Shown here one piece after another: positions 56,239 through 64,000 of a stretch of 64,000 nucleotides of DNA (position 1 is the first letter of the stretch; the number at the start of each line of letters is the position of its first letter). The stretch comes from a virus. The stretch is taken from positions 40,510 to 104,509 of the IMG/VR virus record IMGVR_UViG_3300037089_000251; one strand, written 5' to 3'. The position numbers and the translations under genes were made by a program. Below the pieces are notes generated by a model. The model did no database searches, was not told where the DNA came from, and saw nothing but the letters and a program-made list of their open reading frames with translations.

Positions 56239-58559
56239 TGGCAAACACCAACCCACTTATCCTGAAGTATCGGCGCAAGGTGGCTGAACTCGGCCAACTG
56301 GACAACGAAATCAACAAGCTGGACATGACCCTCCCCGAGGGCGAGGGCGAGAAGACGTTCGACTACCTTGCCCAGAAGCGCACCGAGATTGAGGAAGAAA
56401 TCAAGGGCATGCAGGAGAAGGTGCAATTCCTGACTGCCTGGGGACGATTCAAGGAAGGACCGTGGTCGGAGGCTCTCAAGTCCGAGCTTGACGGCTTGGA
56501 CGATAACATCGGGGAGATTGCCACCAGCAATGCCGCCCCCACCGACGAGCCGCTCACCGAAGCCGGACTACCGGCCCCCCCGAAAGCAACCTCCCCGAAC
56601 GAGCCGCCCCTGCCCGAGGCAGGACCGGAAGTACCCCCCGAGCCATCCCCCACCGAGGACTTCCCCCCGGAGGCACCCCCTGCCGAGGCGTCACCAGAGC
56701 CACCCGTAGGACCCGAAGGAACCTCCGAGGTTCCGCCCGAACCATCTCCTGCCCCGCCAACACCCATGCAGGCGAGCAAGAAACACAACTATCCAAGTTC
56801 TAATAAGAAGGGCAATACCAGCCCTAACTCCGAGAGGGGAAAGATTATGGCAAACGACACGAAGACTTCATTGAAAGAAAAGCTCGCCGACCTGAAGCAG
56901 AACCGGGCAGTAATCAGCCGGGAAGCCAAGATGAGGGTCGCCGCAGCTTGGACCATCGCCAAGACGATGCTCCCGTCCGCCCCGGTGGAAGCCCAGAAAG
57001 CGTTCGCTGCGTCCTTGCTCAACAACAAGACCAGCGCCCTCAAGGCTGCCTTGAAGCAGACCGCCGTCAACGCCCATTACACCAAGGTGGCCGAGACCTT
57101 CAAGGAAGTCCACAAGGTCGAGATGAACGACCTCTTGGAGAACCCCAGCGTCCTCTCGGAAGCGAAGAACGCCGTGAAGTCCGAGGTCAAGGGCGAGGCG
57201 AAGAACGCCACCCCCAAGAGCGCCGACGACCGCAAGGACGCCGGACCGCAGACCCCGACCTATAACGACGGTCGTGGCCATGGCGGTGGGACTGCCTCGG
57301 AGCCGAAGGAAGTCGATGCCGGTAAGGCAGCCGAACGTCCGGGTGCTGGCGAGCGTCCTGGCGACACCGTGGACCTGTCCGAGGGCAAGTCGGCTGGCAA
57401 GAAGGCGGCCGTATGTCCCAACTGCAAGGGCGGAAAGATGTGCTCCAAGTGCGCTGCCAAGGCAGCCGCCGCCAAGTCCAAGAAGGCGGAGTTCCCGCCC
57501 GCCGCAGGCGCACCGCCTGCTGCACCTCCTGTTGACGCAGGCGCACCCCCAGTGGATGCAGGCGTACCGCCTGTTGACGCAGGAGCGCCCCCGGTAGAGG
57601 AGGGAATCCCCGGTGAAGAGCCGCCCATGGACATGCCGCCCACAGATGGTCTGCCCCCGGCTGGTCCCGAAGGCGGGATGGGTGGAGAGGCCGAGGCCAC
57701 CGAGATGGTGACCGAGGAGAAGATTAAGGAACTCGGCGAGAAGGCGCAAGAGCTTTCCGACGAAATCCAAGCCCTCGTCCAAGATGTCAATGCCGAGGAG
57801 GCCGAAGGGGAGGAAGTTCCCGGAGGCGTCCTGGAGACCGAAGGCGAGGAGCTTGAGGAAATCGGCGAAGGCTTGGAAGGCGAGGCCGAGGTCGTTGAGG
57901 GAGAGGGCGAGTCGCTCGAAGGCGAAGGCGACGAGCAGGCGCTTGACCTCGACCAAATCTTCAACGAGGAGTCCATGGGCGAGAAGCAGTCAGCCCTGGC
58001 GAACGAGTCCGACAACAGCGGTTCCGAGTTCTTTGCCCCCTCCGCTGCCATGGACATGGAAGCCACTCTGGATGACAACGGCGTGCAGGAATTTGGCGAT
58101 GTCGTAGCCGCCATGTTCAGCCGCCAAGGTGCGGACGACGACCCATTGGCAGCACTGATGGGCGGAGTCAGGACCGCTGCCCAGGTGGCAGGCATGGAAG
58201 TCGTGCCCAGCTTTACGGGCGAGGCTGCCAAGCACTTCGAGCAGAGCGAAACCAGCAAGGAGGCTCGTGACAGCGAGTCCGACCACTCCGACGACCTCTG
58301 GGCCGACACCATCAAGATTGTGGAGCCAGAGGACAGCGAGCAGAAGCGCACCCCGCAGGATGCCGTGCCGGAACTCAAGGAACCCGCCGAAGGCAAGGCT
58401 CCTGAGTCTCAGGGCAAGGCAGCAGGCAGAGCAGCCGCAAAGCCCGCCGCCAAGAAGCCCGCAACCCTTCGGAAGATTAAGCCCATCATCGCTTCCGACA
58501 AGGATGCGCCGAAGAACTTCGACCCGGCAAAGGCGTTGTTCGCTGACGACTTCGAGTAA
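56238..58559 (+). CDS. Capsid scaffolding protein (possible in-frame internal start at 56847)
   Basis: Acidic, Pro-rich, coiled-coil; between protease and capsid genes. Confidence 0.65.
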   Translation: MANTNPLILKYRRKVAELGQLDNEINKLDMTLPEGEGEKTFDYLAQKRTEIEEEIKGMQEKVQFLTAWGRFKEGPWSEALKSELDGLDDNIGEIATSNAAPTDEPLTEAGLPAPPKATSPNEPPLPEAGPEVPPEPSPTEDFPPEAPPAEASPEPPVGPEGTSEVPPEPSPAPPTPMQASKKHNYPSSNKKGNTSPNSERGKIMANDTKTSLKEKLADLKQNRAVISREAKMRVAAAWTIAKTMLPSAPVEAQKAFAASLLNNKTSALKAALKQTAVNAHYTKVAETFKEVHKVEMNDLLENPSVLSEAKNAVKSEVKGEAKNATPKSADDRKDAGPQTPTYNDGRGHGGGTASEPKEVDAGKAAERPGAGERPGDTVDLSEGKSAGKKAAVCPNCKGGKMCSKCAAKAAAAKSKKAEFPPAAGAPPAAPPVDAGAPPVDAGVPPVDAGAPPVEEGIPGEEPPMDMPPTDGLPPAGPEGGMGGEAEATEMVTEEKIKELGEKAQELSDEIQALVQDVNAEEAEGEEVPGGVLETEGEELEEIGEGLEGEAEVVEGEGESLEGEGDEQALDLDQIFNEESMGEKQSALANESDNSGSEFFAPSAAMDMEATLDDNGVQEFGDVVAAMFSRQGADDDPLAALMGGVRTAAQVAGMEVVPSFTGEAAKHFEQSETSKEARDSESDHSDDLWADTIKIVEPEDSEQKRTPQDAVPELKEPAEGKAPESQGKAAGRAAAKPAAKKPATLRKIKPIIASDKDAPKNFDPAKALFADDFE

Positions 58560-58574
58560 ACCACCCAACCATCA

Positions 58575-58609
58575 GACCCCCGGACATCCGGTCCGGGGGT
58601 TCGTGTTTT
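58575..58609 (+). terminator. Intrinsic terminator
   Basis: ACCCCCGGAC-ATCCG-GTCCGGGGGT-TCGTGTTTT. Confidence 0.8.
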
Positions 58610-58763
58610 AGGCTCGCCCGTACTGGGCGAGGCTAGATAATCCCACCCTAATGCGCCCGGAACCTAGATGTTTCGGGCGTCCCTCCTCTAGCTACAAAAC
58701 TAGACTATCTAATCTGGTAGTGAAGACAATTAACATTTTAATTTTACAAGAAGGAGCATCCGC

Positions 58764-59504
58764 ATGTCAACCGCAGAATTCACAGGTGTGTTTCAATTTC
58801 GGCATGATACCGCAGCCAACTGGATGACCAATAATCCCGTTTTAGCAACCAGCGAAATGGGGGTGGAGACAGATACAGAATTGTTCAAACTTGGAGATGG
58901 TTCAACAGCGTGGAACTCTCTTCCCTATGGGGGGATTGTTGGACCTACCGGACCAACGGGATATACGGGATATAGTGGCTACACAGGCTACACAGGACCG
59001 AACATCACCGGTTACACAGGATACACCGGCCCCGGCAACTTCACAGGGTACTCGGGATATACCGGAATGACAGGTTATACCGGACCTTCTCTATCTGGTG
59101 GGGTTACTGTGTTGAATTTTCAAGGTCCAGGTAGTGCTGTGGCAGGACCAAATACTCTTTACAGTTACACCCTCCCTGGAGGAACGGTGTCGGCTGGTCA
59201 AGCGTTGAGAGTCACAGCAGGTGTATATGATAGTAGTGCAAATGCCCAGTTTGATTTTTACTTGAATGGAGTAAAAGCAGATGGGGGCTACTATAACTCT
59301 GGAGAACTTTATGGGTTATTCAGATTTCATGCTGTCTATGCGTCATCGACAACCGGTTATGGGTTTGGGGAAAGCGCAACGTCGCATGAAGGTGGAGGAG
59401 CGTCAGTAAGCGGACTTGCTTGGGGTTCTGACCAAACCCTAGCATTCAAAGTTGTAAACAGTCAGACAATAACTCCTCTATTCCTCTGCGTAGAGTTGTT
59501 ATAG
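58764..59504 (+). CDS. Fibre-like protein: Mtd-N/hyaluronidase-type N-domain plus collagen-like GYT repeats
   Basis: QFRHDTAANW..NPVLA..EMGVETDT..FKLGDG..AWNSLPY, then (GxT)n; low GC. Confidence 0.75.
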   Translation: MSTAEFTGVFQFRHDTAANWMTNNPVLATSEMGVETDTELFKLGDGSTAWNSLPYGGIVGPTGPTGYTGYSGYTGYTGPNITGYTGYTGPGNFTGYSGYTGMTGYTGPSLSGGVTVLNFQGPGSAVAGPNTLYSYTLPGGTVSAGQALRVTAGVYDSSANAQFDFYLNGVKADGGYYNSGELYGLFRFHAVYASSTTGYGFGESATSHEGGGASVSGLAWGSDQTLAFKVVNSQTITPLFLCVELL

Positions 59505-59514
59505 ATTACTGCTA

Positions 59515-60147
59515 TCAGCACTTTTGCGGTAGCTGCGAAGTATTCCAAAACAGGCAGGCTTTCCGATGCCCTCCGTACACGCTTCGGGATACCTGCTTGA
59601 ATTCCTGCTTGCAAGTGGGGCAAGTAAAATCGTTTAGTTTTTTGTTTTCTACAGAGTTTACATGCCGAGCTATACTAGCTTGCATTGAACGACGTTGGTC
59701 GGTCCAAGCATCTGCTATTTTCTTCCGTTGGGCAAGGGGCTTAGGCTTACCTTTATGGGCTTTGCTGAGAGCATCTCTTGTTGCTTGAGATGCCTTTCTG
59801 CCTAATGCTGATAGTCTCATCTTCGTTCGAGAGGCTTTGGAGAAAGAGTACCCAGAACACCCATCCCCCCCGGATGTCATGTTATACCCCACTTCTGGGT
59901 TTTTGGTATCCAGAAGGATTATCCACATCTCCTCAAGTGCATTAAGCTGTTCTTGATTGTCACATTCTGTTAAACCCTCAGCAACAAAAGCCTCTGGCCC
60001 ATATTTTCGGATAGCACCATAGAGCCGGTTTCTATACCCTGTCCGAGCGCATTTTAGATGTATCCTCCACCGCTCTTTTACTTCTTTGACCGTCTGCCCC
60101 ACATACATCTTTCCGTTAATGAGATTGGTCACCAAGTAGATGTGCAT
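59515..60147 (-). CDS. GIY-YIG homing endonuclease with NUMOD3 repeats
   Basis: MHIYLVTNLINGKMYVGQT, GYNMTSGGDG, SKAHKGK. Confidence 0.88.
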   Translation of the reverse strand: MHIYLVTNLINGKMYVGQTVKEVKERWRIHLKCARTGYRNRLYGAIRKYGPEAFVAEGLTECDNQEQLNALEEMWIILLDTKNPEVGYNMTSGGDGCSGYSFSKASRTKMRLSALGRKASQATRDALSKAHKGKPKPLAQRKKIADAWTDQRRSMQASIARHVNSVENKKLNDFTCPTCKQEFKQVSRSVYGGHRKACLFWNTSQLPQKC

Positions 60148-60351
60148 TTATCCCCCATATAATAATACGAATAGTTGTTGTTATATGGGCACCACTTTAT
60201 CTACTTTGGGCAAATGTCAGCGATTCCAAATTCTTGCTATCAACCCCTTTAGATGTATGAAGCAGTCTGTGCTCCTATAGTCCCGAGGTCCACTCCTGGA
60301 CAGAGGATTGGGAGCATAGCCTAATCCAATCTTCCTACATGGAGACCTAGT

Positions 60352-60969
60352 ATGGCAGTTAAGCTCATATATTACGGTCAAAACGATAGCGTGAACTGCA
60401 CGCCGGACGTTGTCCTCACGGGCGACCCCGGAACCGACCAGACCACGCTCATCAATGCCGGGTACCTTGGCGGGCGCATCATGGCGATTGCGGACACTCC
60501 GCATAACGCCACGGGCGTGGAATCCGTCATCGTTCCCTGCGACACGGAATCAACCCCTGACGGGACTGAAACCGCACACGCAGGCGTCGTCGGCACTGGT
60601 CCGTTCAACCCCGGAAGCGTAACCTACACTTCCCCTTCTACCACCACCGTAGGAGCGGGCAACATTCCGTTCGCCGTCCTCCTCAACGGTCCCGGTGAGT
60701 TTGCAGGCGCAATCGGACCCTCGGGCAGCAAGAAGGCCCCGGTCGTCCGTGCCCTCTTCCAGGGTAACATCAACAACGAGTCGTATGACACGCAGGCTGG
60801 CGTAGCATTCAAGGCCGGTCAGTATGTCTACTGCGGTAACGGTGCAACGGCCGGGTTGTATACCGACGTAGCTCACGCTGGCACCAACGGCGCAAAGATT
60901 CCTGTAGGAATCTGCACTCACGTCCCCACAACGCAGGAGCCTTGGCTCGGCGTAGCAAGTCTGCTCTAA
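60352..60969 (+). CDS. Head decoration/capsid cement protein
   Basis: About 200 aa Gly-rich beta protein immediately upstream of the major capsid gene. Confidence 0.6.
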   Translation: MAVKLIYYGQNDSVNCTPDVVLTGDPGTDQTTLINAGYLGGRIMAIADTPHNATGVESVIVPCDTESTPDGTETAHAGVVGTGPFNPGSVTYTSPSTTTVGAGNIPFAVLLNGPGEFAGAIGPSGSKKAPVVRALFQGNINNESYDTQAGVAFKAGQYVYCGNGATAGLYTDVAHAGTNGAKIPVGICTHVPTTQEPWLGVASLL

Positions 60970-61027
60970 GGAGAAGTTCCCTCCGGGGAACCCACTTCTT
61001 AGGCGCTAAGAGAGGAGATTTACTTCA

Positions 61028-62026
61028 ATGGCAAACCTTTCCCGCACACAACAGCAGACGGCGATGCTTGGCCAACTGCTTAAGACCGCTGGCGGACGGC
61101 AGAAGCTCGCCGCTAGCCTCGGACCGTCGCTTCGTCGGCGTCGTGACTACATGAGCATCGCTCGCAAGGCGCTCATGGTCGAAACGCTGCCGGACGGCGC
61201 ACTTCCCATCTATGACAAGGAATTTGACGTATCCGCCCAGACCGTGTCCAGCACGCCTGGCGGGTCCTTCGTCGAAGCCTTCGTCGTTGGCGAGGAAGGC
61301 GGAGACATCGTTCGGGTTACCAAGCCCAAGCGTGTCACCGTTCCGACGTTTGAAATCGTGTCCAACCCGATGATTCCGATTACCCAGATTAAGGAGCGCC
61401 GTTTTGACCTCGTCGCTCGTTCCCTTAACCTGGCAAAGGCTGAAGTCGGCGCTGCCGAAGACGGCTACGTGTTCGGTCTCTTCGACGCTGTCGCTGCCGC
61501 TGCGAACGCTCAGGTGGCAATTGACAACGCCGCAAAGGCTGGCTCGGGTCTCTTCGACCCAGTATACAACGGCGACATCGCAATCTCGCCGCCCATCGAC
61601 ATCAACTCGATGGCAGACGGTTTCGGACAGGTTCAGCGTCATGACCTCTCCGTCGCCTTCTGTTTCTTCAACCCCCGTGACTACACGGACCTGTTGAAGT
61701 GGACCCAACAGAATATCGACCGTGAGACCCAGCGCAAGCTTCTCAAGACGGGTGTCATGGGCTACCTCTGGGGAGCCACACTGCTCCAGTCCCGTAAGGT
61801 AGGCTACGGATGCATCTACATCCTGGCTGATGCCGAGTTCCTCGGCGTTATCCCGGAGCGCATCCCGCTCACCGTCATGTCCGCCGACCGGCCTGACCTC
61901 CGTCAGATTGGGTTCAGCATCTTCGAGAACCTCGGGTTCTTGGTGTTCAACCCCTCCGGTGTTCAGCGGCTCACCGTCACTGGGCGCTTCCAGGTGTTCA
62001 ACGGCTTCAACCAGGGCGAGAACTAA
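61028..62026 (+). CDS. Major capsid protein (HK97 fold)
   Basis: GRQKLAASL..LRRRRDY..IARK...VE.LP.GA, VP.FEI.S.P, ERRFDL; strong codon bias; followed by a terminator. Confidence 0.88.
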   Translation: MANLSRTQQQTAMLGQLLKTAGGRQKLAASLGPSLRRRRDYMSIARKALMVETLPDGALPIYDKEFDVSAQTVSSTPGGSFVEAFVVGEEGGDIVRVTKPKRVTVPTFEIVSNPMIPITQIKERRFDLVARSLNLAKAEVGAAEDGYVFGLFDAVAAAANAQVAIDNAAKAGSGLFDPVYNGDIAISPPIDINSMADGFGQVQRHDLSVAFCFFNPRDYTDLLKWTQQNIDRETQRKLLKTGVMGYLWGATLLQSRKVGYGCIYILADAEFLGVIPERIPLTVMSADRPDLRQIGFSIFENLGFLVFNPSGVQRLTVTGRFQVFNGFNQGEN

Positions 62027-62052
62027 TAGCCCCCGGTAAGCTCAAACCTTGC

Positions 62053-62093
62053 GGCGGGAATCCTTAACCGGATTCCCGCCGTTCTCTTTTTTT
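62053..62093 (+). terminator. Intrinsic terminator after the capsid gene
   Basis: GGCGGGAATCC-TTAACC-GGATTCCCGCC followed by a T-tract. Confidence 0.85.
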
Positions 62094-62126
62094 ACCCACA
62101 AAACCGGTATTATCCTGTAGGCGCAT

Positions 62127-62408
62127 ATGTGTCGCCAAGGAGCCATCATGCCCGGTGAAATCTCTCTTAACCCCTGTAAAATCTGTAGCAAAGACAGACC
62201 AAAGCTGGTATGCATACTCTCTGACGGCTCCACCCATGACGGCTGGATAGACATCCGCTGCCGGGGATGCGGGCAGGGCTTCCGGCTGTGGCCGGGGGAT
62301 GTTCCTGTCGATGGCGTAGCCGGGGAGACTGGCTGGGAGCACCACGCACGGAAGTACGAGGCGGCAAAGCAGGAGGTCATCCGCAGGTGGAACATCCTCA
62401 ACTGCTAG
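62127..62408 (+). CDS. Lar-like (restriction alleviation family) zinc protein
   Basis: LNPCKIC...IRCRGCG...A...RWN. Confidence 0.5.
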   Translation: MCRQGAIMPGEISLNPCKICSKDRPKLVCILSDGSTHDGWIDIRCRGCGQGFRLWPGDVPVDGVAGETGWEHHARKYEAAKQEVIRRWNILNC

Positions 62409-62444
62409 GAGTTGCACTATCCCGCCCTTTGATGGGAGGCAAGA

Positions 62445-62957
62445 ATGAAGTCGTTTGTGGCCAGTACTACCATAAATTTCGAGGGGTCTAAGTTCTATGT
62501 GCGACCGGGAGACATGCTCTCCCATGACGCCCAGCATGGTAATTCCCTTGCCATCTACCGCAACGGGCAGCTTGTCAAGGTTCTCAAGGTGGATTCCCTC
62601 GCCATCGAGGCATTCCTGAAGAGCAAGTTCATATCCGAAGTGAAGAAGCAGCCTGCCAAGAAGGAGACTAAGGCACCAGCCCCTCCCCCCGGATACGACC
62701 TCAAGGACAAGTTCAACAACCCCATCAACGACCTCGGCAACACCCCGGCTGCGCAGGCGGACATGGACTCCCTCGCCCGGCAGCATGACGAACTGATGGA
62801 CCAGCCGCCCAAGCCTGATACGACAGAGGACGAAAAGTTCCTCCAGTACAAGAAGCAGAAGCGCCAGAGGGCGGTACCGAAGGAAGTCCCCATCCCCGAC
62901 GACCTCAAGGACCTTGTCAAGGAAACCCCGCCGCCGCTAGAACAAGCAGAGATGTAG
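62445..62957 (+). CDS. Hypothetical protein
   Basis: GGAGG RBS; late-like promoter motif. Confidence 0.65.
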   Translation: MKSFVASTTINFEGSKFYVRPGDMLSHDAQHGNSLAIYRNGQLVKVLKVDSLAIEAFLKSKFISEVKKQPAKKETKAPAPPPGYDLKDKFNNPINDLGNTPAAQADMDSLARQHDELMDQPPKPDTTEDEKFLQYKKQKRQRAVPKEVPIPDDLKDLVKETPPPLEQAEM

Positions 62958-62998
62958 ACCGCCGCAAACCCTCTACAAGAACCATAGTTGAGGGGATT

Positions 62999-64000
62999 AT
63001 GGCCTTTGCTGCACTTCCACCGCACCTGGCTAACAAGCTCTGGGTGACCATACCTGTAATCAAGCTCCAGCCGCCTTACACCAAGGTGGCCATCTCGTTG
63101 CCCGAGCTTATCCGGCAGACGAACGCCTTCAGCGTGAAGCGCCGGGCGGGGTGCGAGCCAACCCTCATAAAGTCAAGACCCAAAGAGCTTTTCCTCGAAT
63201 ACAAGGTCGTCTGCCACGAGAACTACTCCGACCCACGGGGGCATGACGTGCAGGTTCAGTTCGACCTGTCGCAGGTGGAGAAGACACAGGACGCCAAGAC
63301 CCTTGATGTCCGGTGCAACTGCTCCTGCCCGGCGTTCCTCTACTGGGGGGCGCAGTGGAACATCAACCAGCGGGACGGGCTGCTGGGGGAGGCACGGCCG
63401 CTCCTGCAAGCCCCCACCCAGAGGCTTGACCTCCGGGGCAACTTCGTCATCTGCAAGCACTGCAAGGCGGTCTTCGAGCGCATCCTGCCCGCCGTGCAGA
63501 ACAACATCCAGACCATCGTCCGCAAGCGTGAGGTGGAACTTAACAAGAAGCGCCTGGAGGAGGCACCGCCCTCCGAGAAGGAGAAGAAGCTGCGCACCCG
63601 GCAGGAGGAACTGCGCAAGAAGAAGGAAATCGAGAAGATTGTCAAGACCAAGGACCCGGACAAGCAGAAGCAGATGATTGACGAGCTTCTGGAGGAGGAA
63701 GAGGGAAAGCTGGAGAAGCCCGCCAAGCCCGGAAAGCCGGGGGAGGCTCCTGCACTCCCGCCGCTCGCCGCCCCTCCCAAGCCCACCCCGGCACCAGCGC
63801 CCGCACCGCCGAAGCAGAAGGTGGTCCAGCGGGACGAGAAGGCCACGACGCCCGAGCCAGCGCCAGCCAAGGTTCCGACGCCGCTGCCACCGAGCTTGGA
63901 GGACCTCATCCGGTCGGAGGAGGACAAGCTCCAGAAGCGCAAGCAGAAGCCCTCCCGCAAGCAGGTCTGGGACGGCAAGAAGTGGGTATGGGTAAACGAG
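62999..64000 (+). CDS. SWIM-type zinc-finger protein, runs off window end (absent from ORF track)
   Basis: Manual translation MAFAALPPHL...CNCSCPAFLYWG...ICKH, then a Lys/Glu/Pro-rich tail. Confidence 0.75.
   Translation, partial: MAFAALPPHLANKLWVTIPVIKLQPPYTKVAISLPELIRQTNAFSVKRRAGCEPTLIKSRPKELFLEYKVVCHENYSDPRGHDVQVQFDLSQVEKTQDAKTLDVRCNCSCPAFLYWGAQWNINQRDGLLGEARPLLQAPTQRLDLRGNFVICKHCKAVFERILPAVQNNIQTIVRKREVELNKKRLEEAPPSEKEKKLRTRQEELRKKKEIEKIVKTKDPDKQKQMIDELLEEEEGKLEKPAKPGKPGEAPALPPLAAPPKPTPAPAPAPPKQKVVQRDEKATTPEPAPAKVPTPLPPSLEDLIRSEEDKLQKRKQKPSRKQVWDGKKWVWVNE

Noticed and set aside
58764-59504. Diversity-generating retroelement target (Mtd-like)
   Set aside because: Only the N-terminal Mtd-like domain is present; no reverse transcriptase or TR/VR repeat pair in the window.
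1-64000. Stop-codon reassignment
   Set aside because: Core genes are intact in the standard code and end in TAA, TAG and TGA; no suppressor tRNA seen.

Overview
A 64-kb, roughly 60% GC segment of a large contractile-tailed (jumbo-type) bacteriophage genome in the standard genetic code. It has three parts. (1) Baseplate and tail genes interrupted by homing endonucleases (1-10.8 kb). (2) An accessory region (10.8-38.2 kb) with a phosphoglycosyl transferase, a tRNA array (Ile, 5x Thr, 2x Gln, one aberrant tRNA), a GGQ release-factor-like gene, a helical+TerD protein flanked by three copies of a structured small RNA, an intein-containing UvrD helicase, an NAD salvage pair (NadM-Nudix + NadV) and an RNA ligase. 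(3) The neck/sheath/tube/protease/scaffold/major capsid module (38.2-64 kb). The most striking signal is a leader peptide at 14949-15026 upstream of the tRNA array. It carries the run ACA-CAA-ACG-CAG-ACC-CAA-ATT (T-Q-T-Q-T-Q-I), exactly the codons read by the array's tRNAs, and it overlaps a mutually exclusive antiterminator/terminator pair. This looks like a ribosome-stalling attenuator that would switch on phage tRNAs when the matching host tRNAs are depleted. Other notable signals are Y/vault-like RNA repeats, [KR]-x-A-delimited virion polyproteins carrying a repeated DKDFLKxMGI tag, and a Nudix gene split in two by a free-standing HNH gene. All calls come from reading motifs by eye; no database searches or folding programs were run.
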